In this document: positions 1-14,000 of the stretch, piece by piece
Layout of the letters: each line of letters opens with the position of its first letter
Numbering within the stretch: position 1 is the stretch's first letter
From: the human T2T-CHM13v2.0 reference genome, Homo sapiens
Direction: 5' to 3' (one strand)
Length of the DNA: 64,000 nucleotides
NCBI RefSeq assembly: GCF_009914755.1
Contig: NC_060933.1
Made by a program: the position numbers and the translations under genes
The notes under the pieces: generated by a model
What the model saw: only the letters and a program-made list of their open reading frames with translations
Told to the model about the DNA's origin: nothing
Database searches by the model: none

Positions 1-25
1 ATTCCATTCCATTCCATTCCATTCC

Positions 26-40
26 ATTCCGGAAGATTCC
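26..40. promoter_or_regulatory. Perfect 3-unit heat shock element (nTTCn-nGAAn-nTTCn); first of ~50 copies in the window
   Basis: ATTCC GGAAG ATTCC matches the canonical HSF alternating-pentamer consensus. HSF1 binding to SatIII is established; binding at this particular site is inferred. Confidence 0.55.
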
Positions 41-222
41 ATTCCATTGCATTCCATTCCATTCCATTCCCCTGCACTCGCGTTTATTCCATTCCATTCC
101 ATTCTATTCCATTTCATTCCCTTCCTTTCCGTTCCATTCCATTCCATTCCATTCCATTCCATTCCGTTCCGTTCCATTCCATTCCATTCCATTCTATTCG
201 GGTTAATTCCATTACATTCCCT

Positions 223-236
223 TCGATTGCAATCGA
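223..236. repeat. Perfect 14-bp palindrome TCGATTGCAATCGA; first of many copies, about one per core module
   Basis: Read directly. It is self-complementary and contains two TCGA sites and two CpGs. Confidence 0.9.
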
Positions 237-3200
237 GTTGATTCCATTCCATTCCATTCCATTCCATGCCTTTCCATTCCATTACGGATGATTCCATTCC
301 ATTGCATTCCATTCCATTCCGTTCTATTCGGGTTAATTCCATTCCATTCCATTCGATTGCAGTCGAGTTGATTCCATTCCATTCCATTCTATTCCATTCC
401 ATTCCATTCCTTTCCATTCCATTACGGATGATTCCATTCTATTGCATTCCATTCCATTCCATTCCCCTGTACTCGGGTTGATTCCATTCCATTCCATTCC
501 AATCCATGCCATTCCACTCGTTTTGATTCCATTCTTTCCATTCCATTCAAGTTGAATCCATTCCATTTCATTCCATTCCATTCCATTCCCCTGCAGTCGG
601 GTTGTTTCCATTCCATTCCATTCCATTCCATTCCATTCCATTCCATTCCGTTCCGTTCCTTTCCATTCCATTCCATTCCATTCTATTCGGGTTAATTCCA
701 TTCCATTCCATTCCATTCCCTTCCATTCCAATCGAGTTGATTCCATTCCATTCCATTCCATTCCATTCCATTCCATTCCACTCCCTTCCAGTCCTTTCCA
801 TTCCATTCCACTCGGGTTGATTCCAATGTATTCCTTTCCATTCCATTCCATTCCATTGCAATCGAGTTGATTCCATTGCTTTGCATTCCATTCCATTCCA
901 TTCCATTCCATTCCGAATGATTCCATTCCATTGCATTCCATTCCATTCCATTCCGCTGCACTCGGGTTGATTCCATTCCATTCCACTCCATTCCTTTCCA
1001 TTCCATTCCATTGCATTGTATTCGTGTTAATTCCATTCCATTCCATTCCATTCCATTCCATTCCATTACAATCGAGTTGATTCCATTCCATTCCATTCCA
1101 TTCCAGTCCTTTCCATTCCATTCCTCTCGGGTTGATTCCATTCTATTAGTTTCCATTCCATTCCATTCCCTTCCATTCCACTCTGGTTGATTCCATTCCT
1201 TTCCATTCCACTCGAATACATTCCCTCCTATTCCACTCGGAACGATTCCATTCCATTCCATTCCATTCCATTCCATTCCATTCCATTCCATTTCGTTCCA
1301 TTCCATTCTATTCCGTATCATTCCATTCCATTCCATTCCCTTCCATTCCATTCCATTCCATTCCATTCCATTGTACTCGGGTTGATTCAATTCCATTGCA
1401 TTCCATTCCATTCCGTTCCATTCCATTCCGTTGCATTCCATTCCATTACATTCGGATTGATTCTATTCAACTCCCTTACTCTGCATTACATTCCATTCCA
1501 TTAGGGTTGTTCCATTCCATTCCATTCCATTCCACTCCATTCCATTGCACTCGGGTTGATTCCATTCCATTCCATTCCATTCCATTATATTGCGGATGAT
1601 TCCATTCCATTGCATTCCGTTCCATTACATTCCCCTGCACTCGCGTTGATTCCATACCATTCCATTCCATTCCATTCTATTCCATTCCATTACAATTCGT
1701 TCCATTCCATTCTATTCCGTACCATTCCATTCCATTCAATACCATTCCATTCCATTCCATTCCATTCCGTTCCATTCCGTTCCATTCCATTCCATTCCAT
1801 TCTATTCGAAATAATTCCATTCCATTCCATTCCATTCCATTCCATTCCATTCCATTGCAATCGGTTTGAACCCATTGCATTTCATTCCATTCCATTCCAT
1901 TCCATTCCATTCCGGAAGATTCCATTCCATTGCATTCCATTGCATTCCATTCCCCTGCACTCGCGTTGATTAAATTCCATTCCATTCCATTCCATTCCGT
2001 TCCGTTCCGTTCCATTCCATTCCATTCCATTACGTTCCGTTCCATTCCATTCCATTCCATTCTATTCGGGTTAATTCCATTCCATTCCATTCGATTGCAA
2101 TCGAGTTGATTCCATTCCATTCCATTCCATTCCATTCCATTCCATTCCGGAAGATTCCATTCCATTGCATTCCATTCCATTCCATTCCCCTGCACTCGCG
2201 TTGATTCCATTCCCTTCCTTTCCGTTCCATTCCATTCCATTCCATTCCATTCCATTCCGTTCCTTTCCATTCCATTCCATTCCATTCTATTCGGGTTAAT
2301 TCCATTACATTCCATTCGATTGCAATCGAGTTGATTCCATTCCATTCCATTCCATTCCATTCCATTCCATTCCATTCCATTCCTTTCCATTCCATTACGG
2401 ATGATTCCATTCCATTGCATTCCATTCCATTCCATTCCCCTGTACTCGGGTTGATTCCATTCCATTCCATTCCAATCCATGCCATTCCACTCGTGTTGAT
2501 TCCATTCTTTCCATTCCATTCAAGTTGAATCCATTCCATTGCATTCCATTCCATTGCATTCCATTCGATTGCACTCGGGTTGATTCCATTCCATTGCTTT
2601 CCATTCCATTCCATTCCATTCCATTCCTTTCCATTCCATTCCATTACATTCGGATTGATTCTATTCAACTCCCTTACTCTCCATTACATTCCATTCCATT
2701 CGGGTTGTTCCATTCCATTCCATTCCATTCCACTCCATTCCATTGCACTCGGGTTTATTCCATTCCATTCCATTCCATTCCATTCCATTCCATTCCATTC
2801 CACTCCTTTCCAGTCCTTTCCATTCCATTCCACTCGGGTTGATTCCAATGTATTCCTTTCCATTCCATTCCATTCCTTTGCAATCGTGTTGATTCCATTC
2901 CATTGCATTCCATTCCATTCCATTCCCCTGCACTCGGGTTGATTCCATTCCATTCCACTCCATTCCGTTCCATTCCATTCCATTGCATTGTATTCGGGTT
3001 AATTCCATTCCATTCCATTCCATTCCATTCCATTCCATTCCATTCCATTCCATTTCAATCGAATTCATTCCATTCCATTCCATTCCATTCCAGTCCTTTC
3101 CATTCCATTCCACTCGGGTTGATTCCATTCTATTAGCTTCCATTCCATTCCATTCCATTCCATTCCACTCTGGTTGATTCCATTCCTTTCCATTCCACTC

Positions 3201-5059
3201 GAATACATTCCCTCCTATTCCACTCGGAACGATTCCATTCCATTCCATTCCATTCCATTCCATTCCATTCCATTCCATTTCGTTCCATTCCATTCTATTC
3301 CGTATCATTCCATTCCATTCCATTCCATTCCATTCCATTGTACTCGGGTTGATTCAATTCCATTGCATTCCATTCCATTCCATTCCATTCCATTCCATTC
3401 CGTTGCATTCCATTCCATTACATTCGAATTGATTCTATTAAACTCCCTTACTCTCCATTACTTTCCATTCCATTCGGGTTGTTCCATTCCATTCCATTCC
3501 ATTCCACTCCATTCCATTGCACTCGGGTTGATTCCATTCCATTCCATTCCTTTCCGGATGATTCCGTTCCATTGCATTCCGTTCCATTACATTCCCCTGC
3601 ACTCGCGTTGATTCCATTCCATTCCATTCCATTCCATTCAATTCCATTCCATTAAAATTCGTTCCATTCCATTCTATTCCGTACCATTCCATTCCATTCC
3701 ATACCATTCCATTCCATTCCATTCCATTCCATTCCATTCCATTCTATTCCATTCCATTGCAATCGAGTTGAATCCATTGCATTTCATTCCATTCCATTGC
3801 ATTCCATTCCATTCCGGAAGATTCCATTCCATTGCATTCCATTCCATTCCATTCCCCTGCACTCGCGTTGATTCCATTCCATTCCATTCCATTCCATTCC
3901 ATTCCATTCCGTTCCGTTCCGTTCCATTCCATTCCATTCCATTCCATTCCGTTCCGTTCCATTCCATTCCATTCTATTCTATTCGGGTTAATTCCATTCC
4001 ATTCCATTCGATTGCAATCAAGTTGATTCCATTCGATTCCATTCCATTCCATTCCATTCCATTCCATTCCTTTCCATTCCATTACGGATGATTCCATTCC
4101 ATTGCATTCCATTCCATTCCATTCCCCTGTACTCGGGTTGATTCCATTCCATTCCATTCCAATCCATGCCATTCCACTCTTGTTGATTCCATTCTTTCCA
4201 TTCCATTCAAGTTGAATCCATTCCATTGCATTCCATTCCATTCGATTCCATTCGATTGCACTCGGGTTGATTCCATTCCATTGCTTTCCATTCCATTCCA
4301 TTCCATTCCATTCCGTTCAATTCCATTCCATTACATTCGGATTGATTCTATTCAATTCCCTTACACTCCATTACATTCCATTCCATTCGGGTAGTTTCCA
4401 TTCCATTCCATTCCATTCCTCTCCATTCCATTGCACTCGGGTTGATTCCATTCCATTGCATTCCATTCCATTCCATTCAATTCCATTCCGTTCCATTCCA
4501 TTCCATTACATTCGGATTGATTCTATTCAACTCCCTTACTCTCCATTACATTCCATTCCATTCGGGTTGTTCCATTCCATTCCATTCCATTCCACTCCAT
4601 TCCATTGCACTCGGGTTGATTCCATTCCATTCCATTCCATTCCATTCCATTCCATTCCATTCCGGAAGATTCCATTCCATTGCATTCCATTCCATTCCAT
4701 TCCCCTGCACTCGCATTGATTCCATTCCATTCCATTCTATTCCATTCCATTCCCTTCCTTTCCGTTCCATTCCATTCCATTCCATTCCATTCCATTCCGT
4801 TCCGTTCCATTCCATTCCATTCCATTCTATTCAGGTTAATTCCATTCCATTCCATTCAATTGCAATCGAGTTGATTCCATTCCATTCCATTCCATTCCAT
4901 TCCATTCCATTCCTTTCCATTCCATTACGGATGATTCCATTCCATTGCATTCCATTCCATTCCATTCCCCTGTACTCGGGTTGATTCCATTCCATTTCAT
5001 TCCAATCCATGCCCTTCCACTCGTGTTGATTCCATTCTTTCCATTCCATTCAAGTTGAA

Positions 5060-8000
5060 TCAATTCCATTGCCTTCCATTGCATTCCATTCCCCTGCAGT
5101 CGGGTTGATTCCATTCCATTCCATTGCATTCCATTCCATTCCATTCCATTCCGTTCCGTTCCATTCCATTCCATTCCATTCTATTCGGGTTAATTCCATT
5201 CCATTCCATTCCATTCCATTCCAATCGAGTTGATTCCATTCCATTCCATTCCATTCCATTCCACTCCATTCCAGTCCTTTCCATTCCATTCCACTCGGGT
5301 TGATTCCAATGTATTCCTTTCCATTCCATTCCATTCCATTGCAATCGAGTTGATTCCATTGCTTTGCATTCCATTCCATTCCATTCCATTCCGGATGATT
5401 CCATTCCATTGCATTCCATTCCATTCCATTCCCCTGCACTCGGGTTGATTCCATTCCATTCCACTCCATTCCGTTCCATTCCATTCCATTCCATTGTATT
5501 CGGGTTAATTCCATTCCATTCAATTCCATTACAATCGAGTTGATTCCATTCCATTCCATTCCATTCCAGTCCTTTCCATTCCATTCCACTCGGGTTGATT
5601 CCATTCTATTAGATTCCATTCCATTCCATTCCCTTCCATTCCACTCTGGTTGATACCATTCCTTTCCATTCCACTCGAATACATTCCCTCCTATTCCACT
5701 CGGAACGATTCCATTCCATTCCATTCCATTCCATTCCATTTCGTTCCATTCCATTCTATTCCGTATCATTCCATTCCATTCCATTCCATTCCATTCCATT
5801 CCATTCCATTCCATTCCGGATGATTCCATTCCATTGCATTCCTTTCCATTACATTCCCCTGAACTCGCGTTGATTCCATTCCATTCCATTCCATTCCATT
5901 CCATTCCATTCCATTACAATTCGTTCCATTCCATTCTATTCCGTACCATTCCATTCCATTCCATACCATTCCATTCCATTCCATTCCGTTCCATTCCGTT
6001 CCATTCCTTTCCATTCCATTCTATTCGGATTAATTCCATTCCATTCCATTCCATTCCATTCTATTCCATTCCATTGCAATCGAGTTGAATCCATTGCATT
6101 TCATTCCATTCCATTCCATTCCATTCCATTCCGGAAGATTCCATTCCATTGCATTCCATTCCATTCCATTCCCCTGCACTCGCGTTGATTCCATTCCATT
6201 CCATTCCATTCCATTCCATTCCATTCCGTTCCGTTCCATTCCATTCCATTCCATTCCATTCCATTCCATTCCGTTCCGTTCCGTTCCATTCCATTCCATT
6301 CCATTCCATTCTATTCGGGTTAATTCCATTCCATTCCATTTGATTGCAATCGAGTTGATTCCATTCCATTCCATTCCATTCCATTCCATTCCTTTCCATT
6401 CCATTACGGATGATTACATTCCATTGCATTCCATTCCATTCCATTCCCCTGTACTCGGGTTGATTCCATTCCATTCCATTCCAATCCATGCCATTCCACT
6501 CTTGTTGATTCCATTCTTTCCATTCCATTCAAGTTGAATCCATTCCATTGCATTCCATTCCATTCGATTCCATTTGATTGCACTCGGGTTGATTCCATTC
6601 CATTGCATTCCATTCCATTCCATTCCATTCCATTACATTCCGTTCCATTCCATTCCATTACATTCGGATTGATTCTATTCAATTCCCTTACACTCCATTG
6701 CATTCCATTCAATTCGGGTAGTTTCCATTCCATTCCATTCCATTCCTCTCCATTCCATTGCACTCGGGTTGATTCCATTCCATTGCATTCCATTCCATTC
6801 CATTCAATTCCATTCCGTTCCATTCCATTCCATTACATTCGGATTGATTCTATTCAACTCCCTTACTCTCCATTACATTCCATTCCATTCGGGTTGTTCC
6901 ATTCCATTCCATTCCATTCCACTCCATTCCATTGCACTCGGGTTGATTCCATTCCATTCCATTCTATTCCATTCCATTCCATTCCATTCCGGAAGATTCC
7001 ATTCCATTGCATTCCATTCCATTCCATTCCCCTGCACTCACGTTTATTCCATTCCATTCTATTCTATTCCATTCCATTCCCTTCCTTTCCGTTCCATTCC
7101 ATTCCATTCCATTCCATTCCATTCCGTTCCTTTCCATTCCATTCCATTCCATTCTATTCGGGTTAATTCCATTACATTCCATTCGATTGCAATCGAGTTG
7201 ATTCCATTCCATTCCATTCCATTCCATTCCATTCCATTCCATTCCATTCCTTTCCATTCCATTACGGATGATTCCATTCCATTGCATTCCATTCCATTCC
7301 ATTCCCCTGTACTCGGGTTGATTCCATTCCATTCCATTCCAATCCATGCCATTCCACTCGTGTTGATTCCATTCTTTCCATTCCATTCAAGTTGAATCCA
7401 TTCCATTGCATTCCATTCCATTGCATTCCATTCGATTGCACTCGGGTTGATTCCATTCCATTGCTTTCCATTCCTTTCCATTCCATTCCATTCCTTTCCA
7501 TTCCATTCCATTACATTCGGATTGATTCTATTCAACTCCCTTACTCTCCATTACATTCCATTCCATTCGGGTTGTTCCATTCCATTCCATTCCATTCCAC
7601 TCCATTCCATTGCACTCGGGTTTATTCCATTCCATTCCATTCCATTCCATTCCATTCCATTCCATTCCGGAAGATTCCATTCCATTGCATTCCATTCCAT
7701 TCCATTCCCCTGCACTCGCGTTGATTCCATTCCATTCCATTCCATTCCATTCCATTCCATTCCTTTCCGTTCCATTCCATTCCATTCCATTCCAATGCAT
7801 TCCATTCCGTTCCGTTCCGTTCCATTCCATTCCATTCCATTCTATTCGGGTTAATTCCATTCCATTCCATTCGATTGCAATCGAGTTGATTCCATTCCAT
7901 TCCATTCCATTCCATTCCATTCCATTCCTTTCCATTCCATTACGGATGATTCCATTCCATTGCATTCCATTCCATTCCACTCCATTCCAGTCCTTTCCAT

Positions 8001-11000
8001 TCCATTCCACTCGGGTTGATTCCAATGTATTGCTTTCCATTCCATTCCATTCCATTGCAATCGAGTTGATTCCATTGCTTTGCATTCCATTCCATTCCAT
8101 TCCATTCCGGATGATTCCATTCCATTGCATTCCATTCCATTCCATTCCCCTGCACTCGGGTTGATTCCATTCCATTCCACTCCATTCCGTTCCATTCCAT
8201 TCCATTGCATTGTATTCGGGTTAATTCCTTTCCATTCCATTCCATTCCATTACAATCGAGTTGATTCCATTCCATTCCATTCCATTCCAGTCCTTTTCAT
8301 TCCATTCCTCTTGGGTTGTTTCCATTCTATTAGATTCCATTCCATTCCATTCCCTTCCATTCCACTCTGGTTGATTCCATTCCTTTCCATTCCACTCGAA
8401 TACATTCCCTCCTATTCCACTCGGAACGATTCCATTCCATTCCATTCCATTCCATTCCATTCCATTCCATTCCATTCCATTCCATTTCTTTCCATTCCAT
8501 TGTATTCCGTATCATTCCATTCCATTCCATTCCCTTCCATTCCATTCCATTCCTTTCCATTCCATTGTACTCGGGTTGATTCAATTCCATTGCATTCCAT
8601 TCCATTCCACTCCATTCCATTCCGTTGCATTCCATTCCATTACATTCGGATTGATTCTATTCAACTCCCTTACTCTCCATTACATTCCATTCCATTCGGG
8701 TTGTTCCATTCCATTCCATTCCATTCCACTCCATTCCATTGCACTCGGGTTGATTCCATTCCATTCCATTCCACTCCATTCCATTGCACTCGGGTTCATT
8801 CCATTCCATTCCATTTCATTCCATTCCATTGCGGATGATTCCATTCCATTGCATTCCGTTCCATTACATTCCCCTGCACTCGCGTTGATTCCATTCCATT
8901 CCATTCCATTCCATTCAATTCCATTGCATTACAATTCGTTCCATTCCATTCTATTCCGTACCATTCCATTCCATTCCATACCATTCCATTCCATTCCATT
9001 CCGTTCCATTCCATTCCATTCCATTGTATTCGAATTAATTCCATTCCATTCCATTCCATTCCATTCTATTCCATTCCATTGCAATCGAGTTGAACCCATT
9101 GCATTTCATTCCATTCCATTCCATTCCATTCCATTCCGGAAGATTACATTCCATTGCATTCCATTCCATTCCATTCTCCTGCACTCGCGTTGATTCCACT
9201 CCATTCCATTCCATTCCATTCCATTCCATTCCGTTCCGTTCCATTCCATTCCATTCCATTCCATTCCATTCCATTCCGTTCCATTCCATTCCATTCCATT
9301 CTATTCGGGTTAATTCCATTCCATTCCATTCGATTGCAATCGAGTTGATTCCATTCCATTCCATTCCATTCCATTCCATTCCATTTCATTCCGGAAGATT
9401 CCATTCCATTGCATTCCATTCCATTCCATTCCCCTGCACTCGCGTTGATTCCATTCCATTCCATTCCATTCCATTCCATTCCGTTCCGTTCCATTCCATT
9501 CCATTCCATTCCATTCCATTCCGTTCCGTTCCATTCCATTCCACTCCATTCTATTCGGGTTAATTCCATTCTATTCCATTCGATTGCAATCGAGTTGATT
9601 CCATTCCATTCCATTCCATTCCATTCCTTTCCATTACATTACGGATGATTCCATTCCATTGCATTCCATTCCATTCCATTCCCCTGTACTCGGGTTGATT
9701 CCATTCCTTTCCATTCCAATCCATGCCATTCCACTCGTGTTGATTCCATTCTTTCCATTCCATTCAAGTTGAATCCATTCCATTGTATTCCATTCCATTC
9801 CATTCCATTCGATTGCACTCGGGTTGATTCCATTCCATTGCATTCCATTCCATTCCATTCCATTCCATTCCATTCCATTCCATTCCATTCCGTTCCATTC
9901 CATTCCATTACATTCGGATTGATTCTATTCAATTCCCTTACACTCCATTACATTCCATTCCATTCGGGTAGTTTCCATTCCATTCCATTCCATTCCTCTC
10001 CATTCCATTGCACTCGGGTTGATTCCATTCCATTCCATTCCATTCCATTCCTTTCCATTCCATTCCGTTCAATTCCATTCCATTCCATTCCATTCCAATC
10101 CATTCCATTCCGTTCCGTTCCTTTCCATGCCATTCCATTCCATTCTATTCGGGTTAATTCCATTCCATTCCATTCCATTGCAATCGAGTTGATTCCATTC
10201 CATTCCATTCCATTCCATTCCATTCCATTCCATTCCATTCCTTTCCATTCCATTACGGATGATTCCATTCCATTGCATTCCATTCCATTCCATTCCCCTG
10301 TACTCGGGTTGATTCCATTCCATTCCATTCCAATCCATGCCATTCCACTCGTGTTGATTCCATTCTTTCCATTCCATTCAAGTTGAATCCATTCCATTGC
10401 CTTCCATTCCATTCCATTCCCCTGCAGTCGGGTTGATTCCATTCCATTCCATTGCATTCCATTCCATTCCATTCCATTCCGTTCCGTTCCATTCCATTCC
10501 ATTCCATTCTATTCGGGTTAATTCCATTCCATTCCATTCCATTCCATTCCAATCGAGTTGATTCCATTCCATTCCATTCCATTCCATTCCACTCCATTCC
10601 AGTCCTTTCCATTCCATTCCACTCGGGTTGATTCCAATGTATTCCTTTCCATTCCATTCCATTCCATTGCAATCGAGTTGATTCCATTGCTTTGCATTCC
10701 ATTCCATTCCATTCCATTCCGGATGATTCCATTCCATTGCATTCCATTCCATTCCATTCCCCTGCACTCGGGTTGATTCCATTCCATTCCACTCCATTCC
10801 GTTCCATTCCATTCCATTCCATTGTATTCGGGTTAATTCCATTCCATTCAATTCCATTACAATCGAGTTGATTCCATTCCATTCCATTCCATTCCAGTCC
10901 TTTCCATTCCATTCCACTCGGGTTGATTCCATTCTATTAGATTCCATTCCATTCCATTCCCTTCCATTCCACTCTGGTTGATACCATTCCTTTCCATTCC

Positions 11001-14000
11001 ACTCGAATACATTCCCTCTTATTCCACTCGGAACGATTCCATTCCATTCCATTCCATTCCATTCCATTTCGTTCCATTCCATTCTATTCCGTATCATTCC
11101 ATTCCATTCCATTCCATTCCATTCCATTCCATTCCATTCCGGATGATTCCATTCCATTGCATTCCTTTCCATTACATTCCCCTGAACTCGCGTTGATTCC
11201 ATTCCATTCCATTCCATTCCATTCCATTCCATTCCATTCCATTACAATTCGTTCCATTCCATTCTATTCCGTACCATTCCATTCCATTCCATACCATTCC
11301 ATTCCATTCCATTCCATTCCATTCCGTTCCATTCCGTTCCATTCCTTTCCATTCCATTCTATTCGGATTAATTCCATTCCATTCCATTCCATTCCATTCT
11401 ATTCCATTCCATTGCAATCGAGTTGAATCCATTGCATTTCATTCCATTCCATTCCATTCCATTCCATTCCGGAAGATTCCATTCCATTGCATTCCATTCC
11501 ATTCCATTCCCCTGCACTCGCGTTGATTCCATTCCATTCCATTCCATTCCATTCCATTCCATTCCATTCCGTTCCGTTCCATTCCATTCCATTCCATTGC
11601 ATTCCATTCCATTCCATTCCGTTCCGTTCCGTTCCATTCCATTCCATTCCATTCCATTCTATTCGGGTTAATTCCATTCCATTCCATTTGATTGCAATCG
11701 AGTTGATTCCATTCCATTCCATTCCATTCCATTCCTTTCCATTCCATTACGGATGATTACATTCCATTGCATTCCATTCCATTCCATTCCCCTGTACTCG
11801 GGTTGATTCCATTCCATTCCATTCCAATCCATGCCATTCCACTCTTGTTGATTCCATTCTTTCCATTCCATTCAAGTTGAATCCATTCCATTGCATTCCA
11901 TTCCATTCGATTCCATTTGATTGCACTCGGGTTGATTCCATTCCATTGCATTCCATTCCATTCCATTCCATTCCATTACATTCCGTTCCATTCCATTCCA
12001 TTACATTCGGATTGATTCTATTCAATTCCCTTACACTCCATTACATTCCATTCAATTCGGGTAGTTTCCATTCCATTCCATTCCATTCCTCTCCATTCCA
12101 TTGCACTCGGGTTGATTCCATTCCATTGCATTCCATTCCATTCCATTCAATTGCATTCCGTTCCATTCCATTCCATTACACTCGGATTGATTCTATTCAA
12201 CTCCCTTACTCTCCATTACATTCCATTCCATTCGGGTTGTTCCATTCCATTCCATTCCATTCCACTCCATTCCATTGCACTCGGGTTGATTCCATTCCAT
12301 TCCATTCTATTCCATTCCATTCCATTCCATTCCGGAAGATTCCATTCCATTGCATTCCATTCCATTCCATTCCCCTGCACTCGCGTTTATTCCATTCCAT
12401 TCTATTCTATTCCATTCCATTCCCTTCCTTTCCGTTCCATTCCATTCCATTCCATTCCATTCCATTCCGTTCCTTTCCATTCCATTCCATTCCATTCTAT
12501 TCGGGTTAATTCCATTACATTCCATTCGATTGCAATCGAGTTGATTCCATTCCATTCCATTCCATTCCATTCCATTCCATTCCATTCCTTTCCATTCCAT
12601 TACGGATGATTCCATTCCATTGCATTCCATTCCATTCCATTCCCCTGTACTCGGGTTGATTCCATTCCATTCCATTCCAATCCATGCCATTCCACTCGTG
12701 TTGATTCCATTCTTTCCATTCCATTCAAGTTGAATCCATTCCATTGCATTCCATTCCATTGCATTCCATTCGATTGCACTCGGGTTGATTCCATTCCATT
12801 GCTTTCCATTCCATTCCATTCCATTCCATTCCTTTCCATTCCATTCCATTACATTCGGATTGATTCTATTCAACTCCCTTACTCTCCATTACATTCCATT
12901 CCATTCGGGTTGTTCCATTCCATTCCATTCCATTCCACTCCATTCCATTGCACTCGGGTTTATTCCATTCCATTCCATTCCATTCCATTCCATTCCACTC
13001 CATTCCAGTCCTTTCCATTCCATTCCACTCGGGTTGATTCCAATTTATTCCTTTCCATTCCATTCCATTCCATTGCAATCGAGTTGATTCCATTGCTTTG
13101 CATTCCATTCCATTCCATTCCATTCCGGATGATTCCATTCCATTGCATTCCATTCCATTCCATTCCCCTGCACTCGGGTTGATTCCATTCCATTCCACTC
13201 CATTCCGTTCCATTCCATTCCATTGCATTGTATTCGGGTTAATTCCTTTCCATTCCATTCCATTCCATTACAATCGAGTTGATTCCATTCCATTCCATTC
13301 CATTCCAGTCCTTTTCATTCCATTCCTCTTGGGTTGTTTCCATTCTATTAGATTCCATTCCATTCCATTCCCTTCCATTCCACTCTGGTTGATTCCATTT
13401 CTTTCCATTCCACTCGAATACATTCCCTCCTATTCCACTCGGAACGATTCCATTCCATTCCATTCCATTCCATTCCATTCCATTCCATTCCATTTCTTTC
13501 CATTCCATTGTATTCCGTATCATTCCATTCCATTCCATTCCCTTCCATTCCATTCCATTCCTTTCCATTCCATTGTACTCGGGTTGATTCAATTCCATTG
13601 CATTCCATTCCATTCCACTCCATTCCATTCCGTTGCATTCCATTCCATTACATTCGGATTGATTCTATTCAACTCCCTTACTCTCCATTACATTCCATTC
13701 CATTCGGGTTGTTCCATTCCATTCCATTCCATTCCACTCCATTCCATTGCACTCGGGTTGATTCCATTCCATTCCATTCCACTCCATTCCATTGCACTCG
13801 GGTTCATTCCATTCCATTCCATTCCATTCCATTCCATTCCATTGCGGATGATTCCATTCCATTGCATTCCGTTCCATTACATTCCCCTGCACTCGCGTTG
13901 ATTCCATTCCATTCCATTCCATTCCATTCAATTCCATTGCATTACAATTCGTTCCATTCCATTCTATTCCGTACCATTCCATTCCATTCCATACCATTCC